This document shows, in pieces, positions 30,384 to 39,391 of a stretch of 64,000 bases of DNA. The DNA lies in the NCBI GenBank assembly GCA_965368975.1, contig CBDUPA010000001.1:704001-768000 (forward strand), read 5' to 3'. Positions within the stretch are counted from its first letter, which is position 1. Each line of letters starts with the position of its first letter. The position numbers and the translations under genes are program-made. The notes below the pieces were generated by a model. It did not search any database. It saw nothing but the letters and a program-made list of their open reading frames with translations, and was not told the DNA's origin. Origin of the DNA: an uncultured bacterium (GTDB lineage: Bacteria; Acidobacteriota; Thermoanaerobaculia; Multivoradales; JAHZIX01).

Positions 30384-31442
30384 ATGTTTACATTCGCTCA
30401 GCAGTTCACTCTCTCATTACAACTTCCGAAGGGTGCTCGGTGGATCCGGTTGGTGTTGGCCGGCGCGCTACTCCTCGCGCCGGCGGTCAATGCTCAGCCT
30501 ACGTGCGACGCCTGGCCCGTGACGGTGGGTGAGACTGTGCGTCACGCCGGTGGCGGCGTCGGGGACAGCGCTTGCTTCCTTCTCGACGTGCCGCTGGAGA
30601 GCCTCTTGGCCGTCGATGCCTTGACGCCGGTCGACGGCGCCCGTGTGCGTCTGCACCTGCAGTCGGCTGCCGGGCACCGTCAGCTGCGGGCCAGCGGTGA
30701 CAGCCAGCTACAACTCGCGGCCGCGGGTCAGTACCGGCTGCGCGTCGAGGCCGAAGATCCCCGGAAGCCACTGCCCAGCTTCCGCTTGCTCGTCCGCGCT
30801 TTACCCTCGGTGTCTCCCGCTTCGCAGTTCATTCCGGCACCTTCCGGCGCTCACGGTGAGCTAGATACGGAACTCGAGATCGACCCGAATCTCTTGCTCT
30901 CGGGGTTGGACCTACCCAGCACGGGAACGGACGACGGGGAGCTGGACACCGAGCTGGAAATCGACCCCAACCTCGGGGAGTTGGACACCGAGCTGGAGAT
31001 CGACCCCAACCTGCTGCGCGTGGAGCTGACATCGACGCTGACATCCCTGCTGACGCGCCTGTGTGGCCAAGCCGAACTCGACGATCACGGTGACGACGTG
31101 CTGTGTGCCACGCCGCTGACGGACGGCGTCGAGGCGCACGGCGAGATCGCCAATGCGTACAGCGATGATCGCGATGTCTACCGCTTCCGAGTCGAGGAGC
31201 TGGCGACCGTAGCGTTGCAGGTGGCGGGGCAGGCGGAGTTCTGTGCTGACTTGGTCGACGCGGCCGGTCAGCACCTGGACGCGCGGTGGAGTCGGGACGC
31301 GGAGCGGCTGCGCGGCGTCGTCACGCTGGTTGCCGGTAGCTATGAGCTGCGTGTCGAGGGGTGCGGCGGGACGGGGGGGAACTATCGTGTTTCGCTAGAA
31401 GACCAAGAGACTCTTGGCGGCTCTGCCGTACCGGCTTTCTGA
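30384..31442 (+). CDS. Secreted protein with PPC-like beta domains flanking three GELDTELEIDPNL repeats
   Basis: AAGGAG then ATG; signal peptide ending AVNA; DDHGD..CATPL...GEI....DRDVYRF PPC-like domain. Confidence 0.78.
   Translation: MFTFAQQFTLSLQLPKGARWIRLVLAGALLLAPAVNAQPTCDAWPVTVGETVRHAGGGVGDSACFLLDVPLESLLAVDALTPVDGARVRLHLQSAAGHRQLRASGDSQLQLAAAGQYRLRVEAEDPRKPLPSFRLLVRALPSVSPASQFIPAPSGAHGELDTELEIDPNLLLSGLDLPSTGTDDGELDTELEIDPNLGELDTELEIDPNLLRVELTSTLTSLLTRLCGQAELDDHGDDVLCATPLTDGVEAHGEIANAYSDDRDVYRFRVEELATVALQVAGQAEFCADLVDAAGQHLDARWSRDAERLRGVVTLVAGSYELRVEGCGGTGGNYRVSLEDQETLGGSAVPAF
30855..31013 (+). repeat. Three 39-nt coding repeats (30855-30893, 30936-30974, 30975-31013) encoding an identical 13-mer
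   Basis: Direct reading: 9 synonymous and 0 non-synonymous differences between copies 1 and 2; 3 synonymous differences between copies 2 and 3. Confidence 0.95.
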
Positions 31443-31480
31443 ACCTCTCGAACGACCCTTTCCATACTCCGATCGAGTGT

Positions 31481-31506
31481 GAGCCCGTGCAGGGAAGTAC
31501 GGGCTC
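31481..31506. terminator. Hairpin between convergent genes
   Basis: GAGCCCGTGC-AGGGAA-GTACGGGCTC stem-loop. Confidence 0.5.
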
Positions 31507-31536
31507 GCTTGCGTTCGGGACGATTGTGCGAGGCAA

Positions 31537-33819
31537 TCAGAAGACGAGGATGGAGCGCAGTTTCGGATTTGCTGCCCGCAAGAAGGTGTAACCCACGCCC
31601 GCCGAGCCGAGCATCAAGCCGGGTACGGCGAAGCGCGGGGAGACCCCGGAGGGCCACTGGTTGTCTCCGGCGTACCGCTCGGCCAGGCAACGCAGTGCCC
31701 CCTCGGCCAGATGGCGGTAGCGAAGTTCACCGAGAACCTCCGCAGCCACCAATAGCGTTTCGACCAGGCCGCAGAGTCCATGGCACAGGGTCGTGTCCAG
31801 GTTGGGGCGTCTCAGCCGTGCGCGCAGCGTCTCGGCGGCCGTGGTAACTCCGGCACGGGCCGCAGGCAGATAGTACTCGGCCCCTTCGGGGTTGAGCTGC
31901 AAGGCGCGGAGCCGTGCCAGCGCGATTCCCGGTGCACCGTGGCACCAGGCAACCCTGTACCGAGGTGGAGTGGACTCCCTATTGGCTTCCGGGGAGGGTA
32001 CTCCTGGGCTGCGCAAGTCGGGCCAGTTGCCGACAGCGGCACTGAACTGTCGATCTTCGTAGGCGAAAGCTCCCCGCGCTCCTTCGAGGAAGCGTATCTC
32101 ACCGGTTTCGCGGTAGAGGTGCAGCAGGGCGAGCCCGACACCGGCATTGCCGTGGGAAAGCCCGAGCTGTGCTGGTCCGTCCTCGTCGTGAACGGCTGCA
32201 TAGCGGCCAGGCCAGATCCAGCACCCGTCTGCGGTCTCCGCACTCTCGCACAGCTGATCGCCCAGGGCGAGCGCAGCGCGCCGCAGGCGCTTGAAACCAG
32301 TGGCGTTATAGAGCTCCAGGAGCATTGGAATCGTGCCGCTGTCTCCGCTGATGAAGTCCACTGGTCGGTCTGCTTCTGGTGCGATGGCCTCTTCGAGGCT
32401 AAAAGCATCCAAGTGCTGATCGACCTGTGCAGTGAGGTTGTCGTCCCCGAGTCGGTTTGCACAGTGCCGAGTTGCCCAGAGATGTCCGGCGAGCCCGCCA
32501 AACGGACTCAGATCCTGAGCGCCTGGCTCGGCTCGTTCTGCCTGCCAGAGCGTCTGTTGGAGCAGGCCTAGCAAAGTATCTCGAAGCCGTTCCTCGCGGG
32601 TCGCCAGGAAGAGTTCCGCAAGGAAGAGCGCAACGCCGGAAGTGCCATCGTGCATTTCGGCCGGAAGTGTGCAGACCGCGGCATATCCTCCCCAACCATC
32701 GAGCTTCGAGGGAGAGCAACGGCTGAGCCAATTGCAGCGTCCTTGATACCAGTTGGCTTCTTGGCAAAGGTCGAGACCAATGCCGAGGGCACACTGAGAG
32801 AGGCTTGCTGGAGAGGGCTTTCTGTGGGGTTCGTGTCTACGAGATGCGCGGCGGATTCCTGGTAAGGGGTAGCAAGCCTGAGATCGTGGCGCCCGGTACG
32901 GCTTTGCCGGGTCCAGGCCGGCAGTGCGGAAAGCGGTATCAACGGTTTCTTCCTTGGGCTGGCCAGTTGTGAAGGCCTCTACGAGAGCTGAGGCGATCAA
33001 CTCGCATCGGTGTTCGCCGAAGCTCTCACCGCCGAGTGGCCCTTCGGCGACAGCCAGTCCGGGGGCCAGGGGCAAGGTGAAGCAGGGAGTTGCTTCATGA
33101 AGGCCATGTTCCACAGCCCGATAAAGTTCAGCGATAGCAAGAGCCACCGTGGCCCAACAGCCGGACTGCAGGTACAGAACGCCGGCATCGGCGCGTCCAT
33201 AAGCCGAGGGATCATCGGGTACCTTCGCCTTGAAGCTAATGCCGAGCGGGTCGAGTGTCTGGCAGAGCTGCTCTAGCCAGGTCGTGGCGCAGTCGGGATT
33301 CAGGTTCCAGTACAGGCGAAGTAGCCAGGGTGATTCTGAACTCGGTGAATCGGTGGTACCCAGAATGGAGTAGAAACCTGGGAGCCTGTTTGGGGCATCG
33401 CCTGGGATTCGAACCGAGATGGCGTCTCCTGGCTTCAGAGTTTCCTCGACATGACGGACATCGCTCAAAGGGCTGTGGAAGCGAATACCACCACGTTCAA
33501 CGATGCACCGCGCATCCGGGAGGATTTCTCTCAGTCTCCATCCGCTCTGCCAGCAGAACCTTCCTTCCTCGACCCGGAGAAGGTGCTGCCGAAAGAGTGC
33601 GGCCGAGTTGATCTCAGCAAGCGGGGCCATGACCGGAAGCTGCCGTGACCGCATGTAGACATGTTGGTAGAGGTGCCGAGTCAGAGATTCGACCAAGGAA
33701 CTGGACGGGGAACGGTGCAAGGTCTCGCCACACAGTCGGTAGCTGTTGCTGTCGATCAGGTCGATGGTTTCGACCGTGGTGCGAAGGTCGGTCGACCACT
33801 GTCGAGGGCCGAGAAACAT
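31537..33819 (-). CDS. HopA1-like lyase (LanY-like) fused to LanC-like lanthionine cyclase
   Basis: N-half: LRLYWNL, Y.RADAGVLY, PLAPGLAVAE.P..GESFGEHRC (HopA1-like). C-half: DG.SGVALFL, D.ISG..G, GLSHG..G, WPDLR, WCHGAPG, LCHG..G, GLMLG.AGVG (LanC with Zn ligands). Confidence 0.85.
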   Translation of the reverse strand: MFLGPRQWSTDLRTTVETIDLIDSNSYRLCGETLHRSPSSSLVESLTRHLYQHVYMRSRQLPVMAPLAEINSAALFRQHLLRVEEGRFCWQSGWRLREILPDARCIVERGGIRFHSPLSDVRHVEETLKPGDAISVRIPGDAPNRLPGFYSILGTTDSPSSESPWLLRLYWNLNPDCATTWLEQLCQTLDPLGISFKAKVPDDPSAYGRADAGVLYLQSGCWATVALAIAELYRAVEHGLHEATPCFTLPLAPGLAVAEGPLGGESFGEHRCELIASALVEAFTTGQPKEETVDTAFRTAGLDPAKPYRAPRSQACYPLPGIRRASRRHEPHRKPSPASLSQCALGIGLDLCQEANWYQGRCNWLSRCSPSKLDGWGGYAAVCTLPAEMHDGTSGVALFLAELFLATREERLRDTLLGLLQQTLWQAERAEPGAQDLSPFGGLAGHLWATRHCANRLGDDNLTAQVDQHLDAFSLEEAIAPEADRPVDFISGDSGTIPMLLELYNATGFKRLRRAALALGDQLCESAETADGCWIWPGRYAAVHDEDGPAQLGLSHGNAGVGLALLHLYRETGEIRFLEGARGAFAYEDRQFSAAVGNWPDLRSPGVPSPEANRESTPPRYRVAWCHGAPGIALARLRALQLNPEGAEYYLPAARAGVTTAAETLRARLRRPNLDTTLCHGLCGLVETLLVAAEVLGELRYRHLAEGALRCLAERYAGDNQWPSGVSPRFAVPGLMLGSAGVGYTFLRAANPKLRSILVF

Positions 33820-33823
33820 GAAG

Positions 33824-34954
33824 TCAGGCAGGGGGCGAGTCCTCCGCTGAGACAGGGGATTCCAGATCGTAGAGGTGGTGCGCCGCGTCGTCGGGATCCT
33901 TTAAGATATTCACTCCTAGCTGCGAGAGGAGAACCATGAGCGTGGTGTAGCCGGAGGCCCTGCGGCCGACCTCCTGTGCTGTTCCGAGTAACTGCACGCC
34001 AGAAAAGGCGACGGACCGCTGCAGGAGGTTTGCCGTTGCCTCCGTGGGTAACAGGGCGGCTTCCAGGTAGGCGTGCCAGAAGCCTTGGATCCATGGACGC
34101 ACCATTCTGAGTGGCATGCGAGCCGCCTGAGAGCGCTCAGCCGACTCGATGTCGGCTTCCATGGGCATGCTGGTGACCCAGAACCGCAAGAACTCGCGAA
34201 GGACGGCTCCGAGATCCCAAGCTGGATCCCCGAAGCGGGCCATCTCCCAATCCACGAGTCGCAGGGGCTGTTCGGTGTCGGCTATCCACAAGACGTTGTC
34301 GGATCGAATATCGCCGTGGATCAGCGTTTCATCCTGCCATCTGGATCGCCAGATCTCGAGAGGCTCCAGTAGCTCCACTTCTCCTTGAATGATGCGCAAC
34401 AAGTCCAACTGAGCTGGTCTCAGCTCGTTGCGGCGGGCCAGGTTTACTTTGGGAAACCAGAAGAGTCCGGGCGCACCCATGGGCAGCTTGGGTACGAAGC
34501 CGCCGAGGTCGAGCCTGCGGCGCCTCAGACCCCGGTGGACTCGGCCCAGGCTGCGGCCCAGGGCCTTGGCGATGGAGAGGCCTTGGGCAGACTCTTCGGT
34601 GCACGCCTGCAACCACGGTCGTGCGTTCCTGATCAGCTCTGCTGCCAGAACAGGATCAGGCGAGTCAGTCTTCTTTATCGCTGGTAACAGGGGCAGGAGG
34701 TCTCGGTGACCTGGAACTGCACCAAGGCATTGGTGCAGCCTTGCCTCGTACGCCAAAGGCGGGCCTTGCTCCGGTCTGCCAGAAGGTTTCTTGATCAGGT
34801 AGCCAGGTTGATTGGGAAACTCGACTCTCAAGCTTTGATTGAGCCGGAGAATCCAGGTGACACCCAGGCCATCGATCAGGTCTTTTTCGCGCAAGAAAGG
34901 ACACAACTCGAGGAGTTCTTTGCCCAGTTCTGACGGAGCTTCGAGGGGCTTCAC
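33824..34954 (-). CDS. Aminoglycoside-phosphotransferase-fold kinase (LanK-like)
   Basis: LIHGDIRSDNVL and LVDWEMARFGDPAWDLG; 4 nt from the HopA1-LanC gene. Confidence 0.85.
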   Translation of the reverse strand: MKPLEAPSELGKELLELCPFLREKDLIDGLGVTWILRLNQSLRVEFPNQPGYLIKKPSGRPEQGPPLAYEARLHQCLGAVPGHRDLLPLLPAIKKTDSPDPVLAAELIRNARPWLQACTEESAQGLSIAKALGRSLGRVHRGLRRRRLDLGGFVPKLPMGAPGLFWFPKVNLARRNELRPAQLDLLRIIQGEVELLEPLEIWRSRWQDETLIHGDIRSDNVLWIADTEQPLRLVDWEMARFGDPAWDLGAVLREFLRFWVTSMPMEADIESAERSQAARMPLRMVRPWIQGFWHAYLEAALLPTEATANLLQRSVAFSGVQLLGTAQEVGRRASGYTTLMVLLSQLGVNILKDPDDAAHHLYDLESPVSAEDSPPA

Positions 34955-34975
34955 GCTTGCGGCCCGTTCCAGGTT

Positions 34976-35179
34976 TCAGGTGGCCGGCGAAGACGGCGAG
35001 CACCACTGAGGGTGACTATTTTGAAGCGTGCGTAAGGGGGGAAACCACACACAGTCTGGTGACGGCGAAGATCTGTCGTCTTCGGACTCGACTTCGGCTT
35101 GGGCCAAATAGGTGTCCGTAAGGTGACCCTTCAAGAAGTGGCTCGCGCGAGGGGACTGGCGGTGCTGTTTTTTGCGCAT
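34976..35179 (-). CDS. Putative RiPP (lanthipeptide) precursor peptide, 67 aa
   Basis: AGGAGA-acgt-ATG; fills the gap between the receptor kinase (9 nt) and the LanK-like gene (21 nt); C-terminal 31 aa contain 7 Ser, 2 Thr and 2 Cys. Confidence 0.65.
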   Translation of the reverse strand: MRKKQHRQSPRASHFLKGHLTDTYLAQAEVESEDDRSSPSPDCVWFPPLRTLQNSHPQWCSPSSPAT

Positions 35180-35188
35180 ACGTTCTCC

Positions 35189-38100
35189 TCATAGGTTTCT
35201 GCATCCAACTGCTGGTGATCCCGCCGAGCGTACATATGTGGCGAGCTCATGATCGTCTACCAGAGTTTGGAACTGTTCGTCGGACCATTCGGCGTCGAGA
35301 AGCCGATGCACAATGGGTAACGCTTCTTCAATTCGCCCCAGCTCCAGCAGGGACTGAGCTCGAGTATCGAGAATCCGGCACTTCTCGGCTGGCAGTGCTT
35401 CCGCTAACTCGAGTGCTTTCTGCCAGCTGTTGCGAGCCAGATCCTCTTCGTCGCGTTGCTTCTGAATGCGACCAAGTTCGAGGTAGGTTCGAGCTGTCGC
35501 TTCCGTGTTTTGTGGATTCTCAGGCATATCCTGGAGAAGACGCAGGACCGTTCTTCCTTCTAGGAGAGCCAAATCCCATTTGCTCGCACTCTTATAGTGA
35601 TCCTGGAGAGCCGCATGCGACACAACTAGCCATAGTTGCAGGTGGGTGTAGGTCGGATGTTCATCTGCCACTTGTTTGAAGGTTTCACTGGCGCGGTGCA
35701 GGTAGGCCAGAGCTATCTCGGGCTGGTCCTCAAGTGCCGTGGCAAGGCCAACCCAGGTCTGTGCCAACGCTACAGGCCAAGTGTCCCGCAATGGGTCGAG
35801 TACGATCAGTTGTTGATAGAGGCGCTCGGCCTCTCGTAGTCTGTGGAGCGCGCTCGGCTTGTCAGCTGTAGCCAGATAGAGGTTTCCGAGATCGAGTTCG
35901 GTTATGGCCTGTGCTCTGAGCCAGGTGAGCTGTGTTGGATTGCCTTCCATCAGATTTCCGAGCCTTGTTCGTAACCTTTCAAGAGCACGTATTCCTTGTT
36001 GGAAATCGGACCGAGCCTGGTGGAGTGTTCCGAATAGTTGCAAGGTATCAACAAGCAGAGTTTCGGTTCGCCAGTTCGAAGTTGGCTCGAGTACAAGGTC
36101 TTCTGCAATCTGGAGCGCCTCCTCAGCATACTCCAAGCCCTGCTCGAAGTCTCCGATTCGGCAGTACAAGTGAGCGGTCTCCTGAAGATTCTGGCCTAGC
36201 AACAGGCGCCACTCGGTCGGCGCATCCTCCCTTCCTGCCAGTTGCCGCGCCAGCAGGCGAGAAGAGGCGAGACTGTCGAGTCCTTCCTGGGTTTTTTCCT
36301 GTCGAATCAGAACGGACGCAAGTCTAAGTCTTGCCCGGCTCAGGGCTCCTTGGACTCGGGCTTGGCTCGGATCTTTCTCATGTAGGGCCGCTAGGATGCG
36401 GACGGCTTTCTCATGTGCAGCTTGAGCCTGGTTGACATCCAGCCGCTCTTCTAAGACCCATCCGATGTTGAGATACGTGAGGGCGCGGCGAAGACTGTCC
36501 GCGGAGCTGAAGTCCGCCTGGGTTTGCGAGAAATGCTCCAAAGCTCTTTGAGCCACTTGATCCAGCAGGTCCAGGCGCCCCAGAGGTTCCAGATTTTCCT
36601 GCAGGTCGAAGAGCATGAAGTCGATCAACCCTTCCGCCTGCCGCCGCTGCTCTCCTTCGCGCTCCTTTGCCTGCATGGCCTGGAGCGCGAGGACAACGAC
36701 CACCACCAGGAAGATCGACGCCGTGACGGCAACTGCCTTGAGTCGTCGTCGGCGCCGGACCGCTTGCTGCGCAGCCCGCCTCGCTGCCCTTTCCGTTGCC
36801 CGTTCCGCCCGCCGTTGTTCCAGAGTGTACAGCTTCTCGGCAGCAATCAAGCCACTCGCCGGCCGCCGCTCCGGCCGGCCATCGACGAGCGTGCCAATGT
36901 CCTCGACCAGCAACTCCTCCTCGACATCCCGCTCCCAGCCGGAGGCCAAGGGCCGCTCGAAATCAGCCGCGACCAGTTGATAGAGCAGCACACCGAACGA
37001 GTAGAGATCCGCCTGGATCGTGGCCGGTCGGCCGGCAAGTAGCTCCGGTGCCATGTAGCCGAAGGTTCCCGCTCCGGAGTCCGTGGTCGGGGTTGCCGTC
37101 GCCGTGAAGCCGAGGGCAGTGAAATCTTGCCCTGCCAGCTGTTCTCGATCCGTCAGCAGTCCGATGCCAAAGTCGGTCAGGCGCGCGCGCGGGCGGCCAT
37201 CGCGGTCGCTGGTGATCAAGACGTTCTCGGGCTTGATGTCCTTGTGCAGCACGCCGACCGAGTGCGCCGCCGCCAGCGCCTCGGCGACTTCGGCGGCCAG
37301 TTCCAGGCGCACCTCGAGCGGTACTTGACTCAGGCCTCCTTGCTGCTCGGCCCAGCGCACCAGGCTGCCGCCCTCGGTGTACTCGGCCTCGACGAAGAAG
37401 GGAGCGCTGTCGAAATTCCAGTCCAGGATGCGCGCGATGTCGTCGCGCTGGCCCAGGGCTTCCTTGAGCAGGCGGAAGAGCGTCACCTCGCGCTTGAGCG
37501 CGCGCAGGCGCTCGGCCTCGAAGCAGAACTTGAAGACGCGCGCCTCGCCGGCTTTGTGGCGGGCCAGCCAGACCTCGCCGAAGCCACCTTCGCCGACGCG
37601 CTCTTCCAGCTTCCAGTGCGGTCGACCGGGAATGGGTTGACCACCGGCGGGGCGCCAGCCGAGCATGCGTTCTTCGCTGACGGACAGGGCCCGCCGGGCA
37701 TCGGTGCGTTCGGAGGGAGGTCGTAGGGCCGACAGCCCGTCGAGACCGACCTCGAACACGTCCAGAGGGGTTTCTCGGCCCCTGAGCAGGTAGCTGCCGT
37801 GCGCCAGCCAGCGAAGACTGCTCTTGCCGCCGTCTTCCGTGCCGTCGCGGGAGTCCGGATGGGCACGGCGCGCGAGGTCGAAGGCGGTACGGCTGAGCAG
37901 GATCTGGTTGCCAGCGGCGAGGTGTAAGAGCTGGCAGGCGGTTCCCTTCTCGCTACCTTCGACTTCCACCTCCGGTGCACCTTGCTGCCTCTCGGCAGAG
38001 GAGGGACGGTGCACCAGAACTTCCGCCGTGTGGATGGCGGCGCGGATCGGCAACTCGACCGCGAAGGTGGAGGCCACTTCGAGGATGGCCCGCTGGGTGG

Positions 38101-39361
38101 ACAAGGCGCAGGCGACAGCATCGGCGGGGCGTTCGAAGACGGCGAGCAGGCTGTCGGCTTTCTCGGCCACCGAGCCGCCGTACAGGGACACCAGGTCGCG
38201 CAGGCGCCGGTCGTACCGGCTCAGGAGGCTGGCCGCGGTGCCGTCGCCGTGGCGCTGGGGCAGGGCGGCGCGGTGGAGCAGTTCGACGTGGAGCAAGGTG
38301 CGAACGGCTGGAGTGCCGGTAGGAGGGGAGGGGAACCATTCGCCGGTCGCCTGCTCGCTCGTGGCGGGGTTGCCGTCGAGTTCGCCGTGGCTGGCGGAAG
38401 CCCGCCGCGTACCTGACGGCCGTGGCAGGGCAGAGGTGTCGGGCTGGAGGAGCACGCCAGGGCCAGTGCCGGCATCCGTGCCAGGGCCAGGGCCGCTTCG
38501 CAGTCGTTCCAGCGAAGCGGCCACCAGGCTGGCGTTGGCGGGGCGCTGGTGCGGGTCCTTGGCCAGCAGGGCCTCGACTAGCTGCAGCAGGTCGGCTGGC
38601 AGCCGCGGCTGCAATTGAGCTAGGGAAGTCGGAGGTTCTGCAGTGATGCGGCACAGGGTGTCGAGCAAGTTCGTCCCCTGGAAGGGGGGGCGACCGCTGA
38701 GCATCTGGTAGAGCAGGCTGCCGAGGGCGAAGAGGTCCGATCGGTGGTCGAGCGGACGGCCGCTGGCCTGCTCGGGAGACATTGCATGGACGGTGCCGAC
38801 CAGGGCTCCCGCTTCGGTCAGGGTCTGGGAGCCGATAGGGTCCTGGAGGAGCGGGTCTTGGGACGACGTGTCCCTGCGCCAGAGGCAGTGCACCAGGCCG
38901 AAGTCGAGGATCTTGGCATGTCCGGCGGCGGTCAGGCGGACGTTCTCGGGCTTCAGGTCTCGGTGGACGAAGCCGCGAGCGTGCGCCTCGGCCAGACCTT
39001 GGGCGATCTCCGTACCGAGACGTAACGTCTGGTCGAGGTCGAGGGGGCCGTCTGTCAGCAGATCGGCCAGGCTCGGCCCCTCGACGTACTCCATGACCAG
39101 GCAATCGCCGTCGTCGGTGGAAACGATGTCGAAGATCTGGACGATCGCCGGATGGTTGAGGCCCGCCACGGCCCGGGCTTCGCGCCGGAAGCGCTCACGT
39201 CGCCGCGGATCGACTTCCAGGTCTTCGCGGATGCGCTTGATGGCGACTTTCCGGTGCAGGCGCTCATCGCGCGCCAGGAAGACCTCTCCCATCCCTCCGA
39301 CGCCGAGCCTGGACTCGACGCGGTAGGAACCAAAGCTGAGTTCGACTGATGCTGTGGGCAT
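35189..39361 (-). CDS. Receptor kinase: Ser/Thr kinase, degenerate class III cyclase-like domain, second kinase, TM, TPR-like domain
   Basis: Kinase 1: GVGGMGEV/HRDLKPEN/DFG. Cyclase-like: GD..A.LL..YDR..RDL...GG...D..L.VFERP.DAV..AL...IR.AIH..EV. Kinase 2: GEGGFGEV/HKDIKPEN/DFG/GYMAPE. TM: VAVTASIFLVVVVVLAL. Confidence 0.88.
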   Translation of the reverse strand: MPTASVELSFGSYRVESRLGVGGMGEVFLARDERLHRKVAIKRIREDLEVDPRRRERFRREARAVAGLNHPAIVQIFDIVSTDDGDCLVMEYVEGPSLADLLTDGPLDLDQTLRLGTEIAQGLAEAHARGFVHRDLKPENVRLTAAGHAKILDFGLVHCLWRRDTSSQDPLLQDPIGSQTLTEAGALVGTVHAMSPEQASGRPLDHRSDLFALGSLLYQMLSGRPPFQGTNLLDTLCRITAEPPTSLAQLQPRLPADLLQLVEALLAKDPHQRPANASLVAASLERLRSGPGPGTDAGTGPGVLLQPDTSALPRPSGTRRASASHGELDGNPATSEQATGEWFPSPPTGTPAVRTLLHVELLHRAALPQRHGDGTAASLLSRYDRRLRDLVSLYGGSVAEKADSLLAVFERPADAVACALSTQRAILEVASTFAVELPIRAAIHTAEVLVHRPSSAERQQGAPEVEVEGSEKGTACQLLHLAAGNQILLSRTAFDLARRAHPDSRDGTEDGGKSSLRWLAHGSYLLRGRETPLDVFEVGLDGLSALRPPSERTDARRALSVSEERMLGWRPAGGQPIPGRPHWKLEERVGEGGFGEVWLARHKAGEARVFKFCFEAERLRALKREVTLFRLLKEALGQRDDIARILDWNFDSAPFFVEAEYTEGGSLVRWAEQQGGLSQVPLEVRLELAAEVAEALAAAHSVGVLHKDIKPENVLITSDRDGRPRARLTDFGIGLLTDREQLAGQDFTALGFTATATPTTDSGAGTFGYMAPELLAGRPATIQADLYSFGVLLYQLVAADFERPLASGWERDVEEELLVEDIGTLVDGRPERRPASGLIAAEKLYTLEQRRAERATERAARRAAQQAVRRRRRLKAVAVTASIFLVVVVVLALQAMQAKEREGEQRRQAEGLIDFMLFDLQENLEPLGRLDLLDQVAQRALEHFSQTQADFSSADSLRRALTYLNIGWVLEERLDVNQAQAAHEKAVRILAALHEKDPSQARVQGALSRARLRLASVLIRQEKTQEGLDSLASSRLLARQLAGREDAPTEWRLLLGQNLQETAHLYCRIGDFEQGLEYAEEALQIAEDLVLEPTSNWRTETLLVDTLQLFGTLHQARSDFQQGIRALERLRTRLGNLMEGNPTQLTWLRAQAITELDLGNLYLATADKPSALHRLREAERLYQQLIVLDPLRDTWPVALAQTWVGLATALEDQPEIALAYLHRASETFKQVADEHPTYTHLQLWLVVSHAALQDHYKSASKWDLALLEGRTVLRLLQDMPENPQNTEATARTYLELGRIQKQRDEEDLARNSWQKALELAEALPAEKCRILDTRAQSLLELGRIEEALPIVHRLLDAEWSDEQFQTLVDDHELATYVRSAGSPAVGCRNL

Positions 39362-39391
39362 AGGTCTCCAGGTAAGGGGACTGAGAGAAGG

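Noticed and set aside
30855-31013. GELDTELEIDPNL as substrate of the LanC-like or ATP-grasp enzymes
   Set aside because: The repeat has no Cys and lies in a Sec-exported protein on the opposite strand. The ATP-grasps are 16 kb away and are the circularly permuted type, not the RimK-like graspetide type. Not excluded, but unsupported.
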